This document shows, one piece after another, positions 8,527 through 17,962 of a DNA stretch of 64,000 bases. The stretch's first letter is position 1, and each line of letters begins with the position of its first letter. The notes under the pieces are model-generated. The model did no database searches, was not told the DNA's origin, and saw only the letters and a program-made list of their open reading frames with translations. The translations under genes were made by a program, and so were the position numbers. The stretch lies in NCBI GenBank assembly GCA_965206125.1, contig CBDBIN010000045.1, forward strand, positions 772,531 to 836,530. Reading direction: 5' to 3'. The stretch is from Terriglobia bacterium. GTDB taxonomy: Bacteria > Acidobacteriota > Terriglobia > 20CM-2-55-15.

Positions 8527-9993
8527 TTAAAAAACATCGCGTGCCCCGAAGCGCCGGGCCAACGCCTGGGCATCGGACAGGCGGCCGGCAGGTTGGGCGG
8601 CCCCCGGCCGGTCGCATGGAATGAACTCGCCACTCCCCGGTTCGGCGTGCAGCTTGCCGTCTTCGACGACGACCCGTCCCCGGCTGATCACGGTCGTGGG
8701 GAATCCCTTGACCGTCCGGCCCTCATAGGGCGTGTAGCCAACGTTGTCGTGCATCGCCTCAGCGGTGATCGTAAACTCCCGTTCGGGATCCCAGATGGCG
8801 ATGTCCGCGTCAGACCCCACTGCGATCGTACCTTTCCTCGGATAAATGCCGTACAGGACCGCGGCGCGCGTCGCGGTCAGGTCGACAAACCGATGGATGT
8901 CGATCCTGCCGCCGCCGACGCCTTCAGAGAACAACAACGGCATGCGTACCTCCAGGCCGGGCACGCCGTTGGCAATCTGCTCGAAGGTGGCGTTCGGACC
9001 GGCCGCGAGTTTGCCGGTTTCGTCGAAGCGGTACGGGGCATGGTCGGATGAGAACACCTGAAACGTCCCGTCCGCCAACCCCTCCCAGACCGCCTCTTGC
9101 GACTCCTTGTCACGAGGCGGTGGGCTACAGCAGCACATTGCTCCGTCCATACCGTCCCGGTCCAGATCGTCCGCAGTCAGGAACAGGTACTGGGGGCAGG
9201 TCTCACCGTAAAGCTTCAGACCGCGCTTCTGCGCCCTGCCGATTGCGTTCACCGCGGCCGGGGTCGACACATGGACGATCAACATCGGGACGTCGATCAA
9301 CTCGGCAAGGCTGATCGCCCGCGACGTGGCCTCACTCTCTGCAAGCTTGGCGTGGCTGACGCCATGAAATTTCGGAGCCCCGTGGCCGGCGTCGAGCAGC
9401 CTCCGGCTCAACCACTGGATCATGTCATGGTTCTCGGCGTGAACCATCGTCAGGGCTCCCTCGCGGCGCGCCAGTGCCAGGATGTCCAGTATCTGATAAT
9501 CGCCCAGGCGGAGCGCATCATAGGTCATGTAGACCTTGAACGATGTGCAGCCCTGGCCGATGAGTTCGGGAAGCTCCTGCCTCAGCACGGCATCGGTCGG
9601 GTCCGAGACAATCATGTGAAAGGCGTAGTCGATCACGGCCTTCCCCCGGGCGCATTCGTGATAATCGGCCACAACCCGAATGAGCGATTGCCCCCGGTTC
9701 TGGGCCGCGAACGGAATGATCGTGGTCGTCCCGCCGAACACCGCCGACACGGTCCCGGTGTAGAAGTCGTCCGCCGAGACAACACCGAAGGAAGAGCGCT
9801 GGTCGATATGGCAGTGGCTGTCGATGCCGCCCGGCAGGACCAGTTTCCCCGCAGCGTCGATTTCACGATCGGCCCGGGGGAGATCCACGCCAAGCGCCAC
9901 AATCCTCCCGTCGGTAATCCCGACGTCGCAGACTGTGCTTTCCGTCGATGTGACGACGGTGCCATTTCGAATGACCAGGTCAGAGGGATTCAT
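8527..9993 (-). CDS. D-hydantoinase / dihydropyrimidinase (cyclic amidohydrolase)
   Basis: 488 aa. GGIDSHCH metal-binding motif, carboxylated-Lys context TSFKVYMTYD, and an N-terminus of the form IRNGTVVT...DVGI.DGRI. Confidence 0.85.
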   Translation of the reverse strand: MNPSDLVIRNGTVVTSTESTVCDVGITDGRIVALGVDLPRADREIDAAGKLVLPGGIDSHCHIDQRSSFGVVSADDFYTGTVSAVFGGTTTIIPFAAQNRGQSLIRVVADYHECARGKAVIDYAFHMIVSDPTDAVLRQELPELIGQGCTSFKVYMTYDALRLGDYQILDILALARREGALTMVHAENHDMIQWLSRRLLDAGHGAPKFHGVSHAKLAESEATSRAISLAELIDVPMLIVHVSTPAAVNAIGRAQKRGLKLYGETCPQYLFLTADDLDRDGMDGAMCCCSPPPRDKESQEAVWEGLADGTFQVFSSDHAPYRFDETGKLAAGPNATFEQIANGVPGLEVRMPLLFSEGVGGGRIDIHRFVDLTATRAAVLYGIYPRKGTIAVGSDADIAIWDPEREFTITAEAMHDNVGYTPYEGRTVKGFPTTVISRGRVVVEDGKLHAEPGSGEFIPCDRPGAAQPAGRLSDAQALARRFGARDVF

Positions 9994-10010
9994 GGGGCTT
10001 CGCTTTCCCG

Positions 10011-10211
10011 ATGGAGTATCTTAATCGAAAGGGAATAGAAGGAAAGACCTGGGGCTATCCTATGTTCCGAACCGGCAAAAAGTGCGAACGAGCAGGCGTC
10101 TACCGCTCGAACGATTGCGGCTACGAGATCACTCTTCTCGAAGGGGAGGAGTTCCCGGAGTGTCCACTCCACGAGCGACACGTGACCTGGACGTTCATCA
10201 AGAAAGCGTAG
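10011..10211 (+). CDS. small Cys-rich hypothetical protein (66 aa; alternative 49-aa start at MFRTGKK)
   Basis: The ORF has three spaced Cys and a His (CERAG...NDCGYE...PECPLHERH). No convincing RBS is visible. It lies between divergent and convergent neighbours. Confidence 0.25.
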   Translation: MEYLNRKGIEGKTWGYPMFRTGKKCERAGVYRSNDCGYEITLLEGEEFPECPLHERHVTWTFIKKA

Positions 10212-10301
10212 AAAAGGGCAGGGGCGGTCGAGCAGTCCGTGGCTGCTATAACCGCCCCATTGTTCGGCGCTCATAGAGCGCCACTACAGCTTAGCCAACT
10301 C

Positions 10302-11876
10302 CTACCTGCCGCCGCCGCTCGGATCCAGTACGGTGTTGTTGACGCAGGCCGTGGACCGGCAATCATGGGAGTTTTCCGAGCCCAGGGCCTCGAGCAGTTC
10401 GACGGTAGCCGGATGCAGGAGCGACTTTTCGCGCGGCCCGTTCGCCATGTCCGCCACGGTGTCTCCCATAGCATTGGGGGCTTCGGTCGCCGGTCGCGTT
10501 CCAGATAACCGACCCCGGGCCCTGGCCCTCACATCGCCGCCCTGAGCCACCAGGTACCTGATCAAATCATTATCGCCGACGTACGCCGCCCCGTGCAGCG
10601 GCGTGTAGGACCAATCGTCCTGGTGATGCACATCGGCACCCGCCTCTTCCACCAGATAGCGAGCGGCGGCCAGCCGTGAGTCGGGCAGAATATTCGAAGA
10701 TTGGTAGTCAAAACCGTAGCCCGTGACAACCATCAGCGGCGTCACGCCACCGGTGTTCGCGATAGTCGGGTTGGCTCCGTGGGCGGACAGCAGGCGCATC
10801 GCGACGATGTCGTGCGCTTGAGCGGCTCGCCAGAAGGCGGTGGCGCCGGCAGGGTCTATCCAGTCCCCACCGTACCGAAAAGTCCGGTACCACAGTCTCT
10901 TGCTCAGCCGGGCATTCACATCAGCGCCGCGGTCCAGCAGGTCGCTTACCAGGTCCAGATAGTCGGTCTTCTCTTCGCCCACGTCCGGCTGCGGATACCA
11001 CGTGTTGTTCCTCCATCGAATATCCACGACCGCGTAAAGCGGGGTCAGCCCATCGGCATTCATGACATTCACATCGGCACCGTTGTCGAGCAGGAACTTC
11101 GCGATGTCGAGGTTGGCGTTGATGATGGCTTCCGTCATCGGAGACGTCTGGTTCGCCGGGCTGAGGACGTTGACGTCGGCTCCACCCGCGACCAACTGGC
11201 GAATCGCATCCATATGACCGTCCCGGGCGCCGAAGTGCAGAGCTGTCAGCCCTCCGACGGGAAGAGTGGAACCCCCACGGCCCCGCCTGCCCGAGCTTCT
11301 GACCTCAGACACGTTCGTCGTGATGTCCGGGTCCGCGCCGTTATCGATCAGGACCTCGATCGTCGAGGCGCGATTCAGTGAGGCTGCGAACATCAGCGCT
11401 GTCTGTCCGTTGGTCACATCAGTTGCGTCGACGTCAGCGCCCTTTTCGACCAGCATCCGCACAGCTTCCGCGCTTCCGGAGGCCGCCGCGGTCATCAACA
11501 CGGTGGTTCCGTTCGTATTGGCCTCCGTCGCGCTGGCACCCGCATCCAGCAACGCACCGATGATGGGAGCGTTCCCGACCCTGGCCGCCATGGCAAGAGG
11601 CGTCATAGAGCCGATGCGGGTGGCGGCGGCGACGTCAGCACCCCGGTCGATCAGGAGTTCGACCAACTCGAGTTCGCCGTGGTAGGCCGCCCAATGGAGT
11701 GCCGTGCTCCCATCGCCCTGGGCGACGTTCACATCCGCGCCATCAGCCAGAAGTGTGCGCACCGCGTTGACATCGCCGCGCATCGCCGCATCGGCCAGGG
11801 GCGCGTCGTTGCTCGCCCCGGAAACTACCATCACGGTGACGAGCAGCCCAAGAAAGACGTATCCGAGTTTATTCAT
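10302..11876 (-). CDS. secreted ankyrin-repeat protein (module copy 1, third gene)
   Basis: 524 aa with a signal peptide and more than 10 ankyrin repeats (G.TALHWAAYHGELELVELLIDRGADVN...). The conserved C-terminal motif is GDTVADMANGP...LGSENSHDCRSTACVNNT. Confidence 0.85.
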   Translation of the reverse strand: MNKLGYVFLGLLVTVMVVSGASNDAPLADAAMRGDVNAVRTLLADGADVNVAQGDGSTALHWAAYHGELELVELLIDRGADVAAATRIGSMTPLAMAARVGNAPIIGALLDAGASATEANTNGTTVLMTAAASGSAEAVRMLVEKGADVDATDVTNGQTALMFAASLNRASTIEVLIDNGADPDITTNVSEVRSSGRRGRGGSTLPVGGLTALHFGARDGHMDAIRQLVAGGADVNVLSPANQTSPMTEAIINANLDIAKFLLDNGADVNVMNADGLTPLYAVVDIRWRNNTWYPQPDVGEEKTDYLDLVSDLLDRGADVNARLSKRLWYRTFRYGGDWIDPAGATAFWRAAQAHDIVAMRLLSAHGANPTIANTGGVTPLMVVTGYGFDYQSSNILPDSRLAAARYLVEEAGADVHHQDDWSYTPLHGAAYVGDNDLIRYLVAQGGDVRARARGRLSGTRPATEAPNAMGDTVADMANGPREKSLLHPATVELLEALGSENSHDCRSTACVNNTVLDPSGGGR

Positions 11877-11897
11877 GATTAGTTTCCCCTTCGCCGT

Positions 11898-13268
11898 TTA
11901 GATCGCAAGTACCCCGGTACTGTCGCCAATGTATTCCTGCTCAATCCCCAGCTTGCCAAGTATCCCCAGAAGGAGGTTCGACGTGGGCGTCTCATGAGCA
12001 GCCTTCACGTGTCGATTGCCCGAGAACTGTCCGTTGGCGTGACCCACGAGCAACATCGGAACGCGCTTGTGGGCATGAACGTTGGAGTCTCCCATGGGGC
12101 TGCCATACACGACCAGGGAGTGGTCCAGCAGGCTGCCATCGCCGTCAGGCGTATCCCTCAGTTTCTCCAGGAAGTACGTGAACACTTCCATGTGATACCG
12201 GTTGATCTTGGCGTACTCCGTTATCCCGCTCACCGATGATCCGTGATGCGACGCCGAGTGGAAAGGCGTGCTGTTGCCACTTTCGGCAAACACCCGGTTG
12301 CTCACGTCACGGCTGAGTTTGTGTGAGGTAACGCGGGTTACCTCGGACGAAAACGCGAGAACCTGCAGATCGAACATGATCTTGACGTGATCTTCCCAGG
12401 AGTCGGGCACACCGATCGGAGCGCTTGGCAACTCCCTGTGGACGCCACTGGCGTTGTACTGCTCGATTTGCTGGATGCGACGTTCGATCTCGCGCACGCT
12501 ATCGAGGTAGTCGTTCAGTCGGTTCCGGTCTCTCGTCCCGATATCCTGCCGCAAGCGATCGATTTCGAGCGTCACGCTGTCGAGAATGCTCTGGTTTGCC
12601 CTCCTGCGCGCCGCGCGAGCTTCGGGTGAGCCGCCGGCGCCGAACAGTTCCTCGAAAGCCATCCTGGGATCGATGATCATCGGCAGCGGAGTCGTGGGCG
12701 ACGACCAGCTGATCGAGTTCATGTAGACACAGCTGTAGTGGTAGCCGCAGTTACCTGAAGCGTCCAGGTTCTCGATACAGAGCTGAAGCGAAGGCAGAGG
12801 GGTATCCTGGCCAAACTCGTTGGCGTAGATCTGGTCGATCGACGTCCCACTCTGTACGTCCGAGCCCTCGGTCTGTTTCGGGTGCGCACCGGTCAGAAAT
12901 ACGGCGCTGGATCGAAAGTGGTCCGCACCCTCTTCCTCCGCGGTGTACGCTTCGGCCGGACGCTGGTCGGTGTGAGTGACCAGCGTGATGTAGTCCCGAA
13001 ACTGCTCGGCCGGTTCGAGGATCGTGCCGAATTCGAAATCGGACCCTTCGGTCGGGGGCATCCACATGTTCTGATCGATACCGTACTGGGTACTGCCCGC
13101 GCTTCCGTGCACCATCTCGAGACACGCCAGCTTGGTTCGAGGGTTGGCCGCGGTCTGACGCTGGGGCGTCTGAGCGGGAACCATCGATTCGAGCAGGGGC
13201 AACGACAGAACCGTGCCCACTCCCGTGAGAAACGTGCGTCGCGAAAGATGTTTCTTGGTCAAAAACAT
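11898..13268 (-). CDS. DUF1552 family Tat-exported protein (module copy 1, second gene)
   Basis: 456 aa. Twin-arginine signal SRRTFLTGVGTVLSLPLLESM. The conserved His-rich motif TPFHSASHH..AKINRYHM is shared by all four paralogs. Confidence 0.85.
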   Translation of the reverse strand: MFLTKKHLSRRTFLTGVGTVLSLPLLESMVPAQTPQRQTAANPRTKLACLEMVHGSAGSTQYGIDQNMWMPPTEGSDFEFGTILEPAEQFRDYITLVTHTDQRPAEAYTAEEEGADHFRSSAVFLTGAHPKQTEGSDVQSGTSIDQIYANEFGQDTPLPSLQLCIENLDASGNCGYHYSCVYMNSISWSSPTTPLPMIIDPRMAFEELFGAGGSPEARAARRRANQSILDSVTLEIDRLRQDIGTRDRNRLNDYLDSVREIERRIQQIEQYNASGVHRELPSAPIGVPDSWEDHVKIMFDLQVLAFSSEVTRVTSHKLSRDVSNRVFAESGNSTPFHSASHHGSSVSGITEYAKINRYHMEVFTYFLEKLRDTPDGDGSLLDHSLVVYGSPMGDSNVHAHKRVPMLLVGHANGQFSGNRHVKAAHETPTSNLLLGILGKLGIEQEYIGDSTGVLAI

Positions 13269-13301
13269 GGATCTCTGCTCCTTGTGATCTACGAGCTCTA
13301 A

Positions 13302-15710
13302 TTACTGCTGTTCCGCCGTCGGTATGTCGTCCGCCCTTCTCATCTGGAACGGAACGCTGTTTACGACTCCCTGGACGAACTCGGAAAAACGGTTGCCGTT
13401 GCCCGAGGCTTCTCGGGCGATCGACCGAATCGCTGGCATGTCGCGATAGTCCAGGACCCGGCCGACACCGTACTGCAGAAGATTCTCCGTAAAGGTCCCG
13501 ATGAACGCATCGGAATGATCCAGCATGGCCTGGCGCAGGCTGATCGGTCCGTCAAGTTCGGTCCCGTCGTACATCCTTGCCGACGGATCGATGAGGAACC
13601 CCCCATCGTTCTCGCGCCACTGTCCGATCGCGTCAAAGTTCTCGAGCGTCAGACCGATGGGGTCCATCATCTGGTGGCACGCCGCGCACGCGGGGTTTTC
13701 CCTGTGGTTCTCCAGCCGCTCCCTCACACTCCTCACGACCTGGTTGTCGACGGCCTCTTCGAGAGGCGGTACCACCGGGGGCGGGGGAGGAGGAGGCGAT
13801 CCGATCAGGACCTCCATCACATACTTGCCGCGCATGACCGGAGAGGTCCGGTTCGCCAGCGATGTGAGCGTCAGGACGCTGCCGTGCCCGAGCAGTCCAA
13901 ACCGGTTCGAATCTGTCAGGCTCACTCGCCGGAAACGGTTTCCAAGCACGTCGGGTATCCCGTAGTGCTTGGCGAGAATCTCATCGACGAACGTGTAATC
14001 CGCCGTCAGCAAGTCTGTAATGTTGCGATCCTCACGCAGAATGCTTTCAAACAGCATTTTCGTTTCACGGGTCATCGATTCCCCGAGATTCCGCGTGAAG
14101 TTGGGGAACACCAGAGACTCCGGGTCCGCTTCCTTGACTGTCTGCAGGCGCAGCCACTGGTACGCGAAGTTGTCCGCCAGGGCCGTCGCACGGTCATCGG
14201 CCAGCATGCGACCGACTTCCTGCTCAAGGATCGCCGGGTCCCGCAGTCGCTCCTCTGAGGCCAGTCTCAACAACCGATCGTCCGGCAGGCTGCTCCACAG
14301 GAAAAACGCGAGTCGCGAGGCCAGCTCCAGGTCGCTGATCCTGTAATTGGTACCGGGTCTCACGTTCGCCGGCACCTTTTCGAATCGAAACACGAACTCG
14401 GGGTGCGACAGGACGGCCTGCACAGCCATCTGAATGCCGCCCTCGAAATCTCCCTCTTCACGGCCGGCTCTGTAGTGGTTGATCAGGAACTCGACATCGT
14501 CATCGGTGATCGGCCGTCGGTACGCGTGACGTGCAAGGGTCGAAACGATCTGCTCGGCGCAGGGCAACTCTTCTGCGCTCGAAGACGGGGTGCAACTGAA
14601 TATCCTGAGACGGCTCGGCGTTTCCGACATGCCTGTCACGACGAAGGGGCCGGCGATCGTCAGCGTGTGCAGGTGGGGCAGTCCGATCAGACCGGGTACG
14701 GCCGCAGTGACGTCGACCATGGTCTGTTCGACCTGCCGGAACTGATCCTCGGTCGGCCCGTCGAATTTCTTGATGAACGCCGCCGCAATCCGGTGCTCAC
14801 CCGCCGTCACCGAGATGCGCTCGGTCGTCAGGACGTTCTCCAGTTCGCCGAGGGCCGGATCGATTTCAAAGATGGCCAACCGTGCTCCGTCTATCGAAAT
14901 CTCGATCTCCTGTCCCTGGAGGTTCTGGGGCAGGTTGCGGCCGAACAATTCGGTGATGAAGTCGTGGTAGAACGTCACCTTGAAGGTGTATTCCCCGTCG
15001 GCCGGGAAGTTGTAGACCACGGACGTCCCGCCGCGGGTCCCCAGCGGCGTGCCCTCGATGTGGCGCACCTGGTTGAAAACCTTCGGCACGGTGTACATGG
15101 ACATCGTGGGCGCGACCTCGGTATCGCCGACCGCCCGCCGGCTGATCTGGCTTGCCGCTCGCACATATCCCTGGACCAGAGCCGGGGTCACCGAAAGACT
15201 GTCGGCAATGTTGTCGAAGCCGCCGCTCATCTGGTCGGGAGGGAGAAGCGTCGACACATCCACGTCGAGGTCGAGCAGTTCTCGGACCGAATTGGCGTAC
15301 TCCGTCCTGTTCAGCCGGTGGAGTTCCGGTGCGCCCGCGTAGGGGTTGTCGATGGCGGAGCTGTCGACCCCCGATTCCAGCGCCCGGTAGAACGCCCTCG
15401 CGTCGGCGGCGTCGGGCCGGGGTATCCCCACTGGCGGCATCATGCCAGCCTTCAGCTTACGAATCACCGCCTCAGACTGCACAGCGTTCGTCCCCGGAGA
15501 GGCCAGATCCAACTCGGTCCATGAAAAGCCGCCGGCCCGGAGGTCGTCGTTGTGGCAACCCGCGCAATACTCGTCGACCAACGCCTGTTGTGAGGCCACC
15601 GACAGCGTCGACGTAGTCTGTCCAGAAACTGTCGCAGCCGGAATCAGCAACGCGAGGGCAAGGACGCCGGCACGAATGCAAAACGACTTCATCGAATCCC
15701 CTTTACGCAA
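13302..15710 (-). CDS. DUF1592/DUF1595/DUF1587/DUF1588-type (PSCyt/PSD domain) putative di-haem c-type cytochrome, secreted (module copy 1, first gene)
   Basis: 802 aa with a Sec signal peptide. The N-terminal CxxCH is EYCAGCHNDDL and the C-terminal CxxCH is ENPACAACHQMMDPIGL. A poly-Pro linker GSPPPPPPPVVPPLEE is present. The architecture is that of the Planctomycetes-type cytochrome that partners DUF1552 proteins. Confidence 0.85.
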   Translation of the reverse strand: MRKGDSMKSFCIRAGVLALALLIPAATVSGQTTSTLSVASQQALVDEYCAGCHNDDLRAGGFSWTELDLASPGTNAVQSEAVIRKLKAGMMPPVGIPRPDAADARAFYRALESGVDSSAIDNPYAGAPELHRLNRTEYANSVRELLDLDVDVSTLLPPDQMSGGFDNIADSLSVTPALVQGYVRAASQISRRAVGDTEVAPTMSMYTVPKVFNQVRHIEGTPLGTRGGTSVVYNFPADGEYTFKVTFYHDFITELFGRNLPQNLQGQEIEISIDGARLAIFEIDPALGELENVLTTERISVTAGEHRIAAAFIKKFDGPTEDQFRQVEQTMVDVTAAVPGLIGLPHLHTLTIAGPFVVTGMSETPSRLRIFSCTPSSSAEELPCAEQIVSTLARHAYRRPITDDDVEFLINHYRAGREEGDFEGGIQMAVQAVLSHPEFVFRFEKVPANVRPGTNYRISDLELASRLAFFLWSSLPDDRLLRLASEERLRDPAILEQEVGRMLADDRATALADNFAYQWLRLQTVKEADPESLVFPNFTRNLGESMTRETKMLFESILREDRNITDLLTADYTFVDEILAKHYGIPDVLGNRFRRVSLTDSNRFGLLGHGSVLTLTSLANRTSPVMRGKYVMEVLIGSPPPPPPPVVPPLEEAVDNQVVRSVRERLENHRENPACAACHQMMDPIGLTLENFDAIGQWRENDGGFLIDPSARMYDGTELDGPISLRQAMLDHSDAFIGTFTENLLQYGVGRVLDYRDMPAIRSIAREASGNGNRFSEFVQGVVNSVPFQMRRADDIPTAEQQ

Positions 15711-15857
15711 CCTATATCTTGTTTATCCGCTTGACGATAGCACATTTATTCGCCCGGCCCAAAGAGCATTGTGGGTGCCTGATCCAGCCGTCGAAAGCAA
15801 CGGAGAATGTTTCTCCAAACGATGTCGTTCAGCCTAAAAGCAAGATGTCATCCGAGT

Positions 15858-17714
15858 TCAAGACAACGATCCGGCGTCTCGGGAAATCACGTCCAAAAAG
15901 AGCAGGCCGTACCGCTCGAGCTTGGATCGACCGATTCCCGGGACCTGGGCGAACTGGGCCAGGCTCCTGGGCCTGCGTAGCACAAGCTCGACCAGCGTGG
16001 CGTCGTTGAACACGACATAGGCCGGCACGTGTTGCGCGCGGGCGATTTCCAGCCGCGTGTGGCGCAACGCCTCGAAGAGCGAGCGGTCCTCGCCGACGAA
16101 TGCTTCGGCTGCGGATCCGGCCCGGCGACCTGCTCCTTTCGCGCGGGGCAACCGCACCGGATCTTGCCGCAAGGTGACGCGCGCCTCTTCCCGCAGAATC
16201 GGCAGGACCCGCTCGCGGGGGCCGAGTCGCACAACGCTGTGGTTTTCCAGGTCGACCCGGATCAGCCCCAGCGCGGTCAGTTGGCGGAGCACACCCTGCC
16301 ATTGGCGCTCGGTGAGATGTTCACCCTTACCGAAAACATTCAGTCGATCGTGGCGGCGTCGCATGGCTTTCTCGGTTTCCTTGCCCCGGAGTACGTCGAT
16401 GATGTGCCGGGTGCCGAACGACTGTCCGCACCTGTGGATCGCCGAAAGCACGAGCCGCGCGTCCGCGGTCCCATCAATGACGTTGACGGGCTCGAGGCAG
16501 GTGTCGCAGTTGCCGCACGCGGCGATCTCTTCGCCGAAATACTCCAACATCACCTGGCGGCGGCACCGGGCTGTTTCGCAGTAGCCCAGCAATGCCTCGA
16601 GTTTCTTCTGCTCGACCCGCCGCACATCCTCAGGCGCGGTCGAGTCGTCCATCAGCCGCCGCAGCAATGCCACATCCTGCAGCCCATAGACCATGAACGC
16701 GTCTGCGGGCAGGCCGTCCCTGCCGGCTCGACCGGTCTCCTGGTAGTAGGCCTCGAAAGATTTCGGCATGTCCATGTGAGCGACGAAACGCACGTCGGGC
16801 TTGTCGATCCCCATTCCGAACGCGATGGTCGCCACCATCACCAGGCCGTCCTCCATGATGAATCGCTCGTGGTGCCGGACCCGCGTCCCGGCATCCAGCC
16901 CTGCGTGATAGTGGAGCGCCGGAATTCCTTCCTTCACGAGCAGAGCCGCCATCTCCTCGACACGCTTGCGGCTCATCGCGTAAACGATTCCGGCGTCACC
17001 CGGATGCTCCAGCCGGATAAAATCCGCGATCTGGCGCTTCGGGTTGTCTTTCACCCGAATGCGGTAACGGATGTTCGGCCGGTCGAAGCTGGCGACAAAG
17101 ACCCGTGCACCATCGAGCCGGAGCTGTTCGATGATGTCCTTTCTTGTGATTTCGTCGGCAGTCGCCGTGAGTGCGATGCGTGGCACTGAGGCAAATCGTT
17201 CGGCGAGCAACGCGAGCTGGCGGTATTCGGGGCGGAAGTCATGGCCCCACTGGCTGACGCAGTGGGCCTCGTCGATCGCAAAGAGTCCGATCTCCATCCG
17301 GTCGAGCTGTTCGAGGACACGTGGGCTCAGCAGACGCTCGGGTGAGACGTAGAGCAGGTCCAGATCTGCGTGCTCGATGGCTTGCCAGGCGGCACGAGCA
17401 TCTTCGGCGCTGAGGTTGGACGTGAACGCGACGGCCCGTACACCGGCCTGAAGGAGTTGCGCCACCTGATCCTCCATGAGGGCAATCAGCGGCGAGACGA
17501 CGACACCGATCCCTGGCCTGCAGAGGGCAGGAACCTGGTAGCAGATCGACTTCCCGCCACCGGTCGGCATGAGGACGAGCGCATCCCCCGAGGCAACCAC
17601 ATGATCGACGATCTCCGGCTGCAGGCCACGAAAACTCGCGTGGCCGAACACGCGTGCCAGAACCTCTCGCGGGTTCGGTGTGGCCACGGACGAACGGGAA
17701 CGTGCTTGGGACAT
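15858..17714 (-). CDS. recQ: ATP-dependent DNA helicase RecQ
   Basis: 618 aa. DEAH-box helicase motifs are present (LVLMPTGGGKSICYQVPAL, DEAHCVSQWGHDFRPEY), followed by the RecQ Zn-binding Cys cluster, a winged helix and a C-terminal HRDC-like region. Confidence 0.9.
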   Translation of the reverse strand: MSQARSRSSVATPNPREVLARVFGHASFRGLQPEIVDHVVASGDALVLMPTGGGKSICYQVPALCRPGIGVVVSPLIALMEDQVAQLLQAGVRAVAFTSNLSAEDARAAWQAIEHADLDLLYVSPERLLSPRVLEQLDRMEIGLFAIDEAHCVSQWGHDFRPEYRQLALLAERFASVPRIALTATADEITRKDIIEQLRLDGARVFVASFDRPNIRYRIRVKDNPKRQIADFIRLEHPGDAGIVYAMSRKRVEEMAALLVKEGIPALHYHAGLDAGTRVRHHERFIMEDGLVMVATIAFGMGIDKPDVRFVAHMDMPKSFEAYYQETGRAGRDGLPADAFMVYGLQDVALLRRLMDDSTAPEDVRRVEQKKLEALLGYCETARCRRQVMLEYFGEEIAACGNCDTCLEPVNVIDGTADARLVLSAIHRCGQSFGTRHIIDVLRGKETEKAMRRRHDRLNVFGKGEHLTERQWQGVLRQLTALGLIRVDLENHSVVRLGPRERVLPILREEARVTLRQDPVRLPRAKGAGRRAGSAAEAFVGEDRSLFEALRHTRLEIARAQHVPAYVVFNDATLVELVLRRPRSLAQFAQVPGIGRSKLERYGLLFLDVISRDAGSLS

Positions 17715-17962
17715 ACCTGAAACTACCGGTCTTACAAGAGGTAGCGGGCCGCTGTCGGAACGAACGCCGGGTTCGGGGAAAGCGCGTCCGTATTATCGCA
17801 TGGAAGACTCGATGGATGGGGCACGAGCGTGGCGGAGCTCTTGCAGCCTGGCTTTGTTCCCTTGTCATCTATATAGTTGTCCGCATCCTAACAGTTCACG
17901 ATAACCAAACGCGGCCTCAGAACGGTGCGTCGCGCCGGCCGCCCTACCCTAGGAGAACCGCC

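Noticed and set aside
7429-9051. 540-aa plus-strand ORF spanning the carbamoylase and hydantoinase region.
   Set aside because: It is antisense to two well-supported genes. It has a low-complexity Arg/Gly/Pro-rich translation typical of high-GC reverse frames and no recognisable domains.
17654-17962. Upstream extensions of the DUF1028 ORF and of the DUF1552-4 ORF (43456-43518).
   Set aside because: In both cases a signal or Tat peptide with a proper Met start begins downstream, and the extension overlaps upstream elements.
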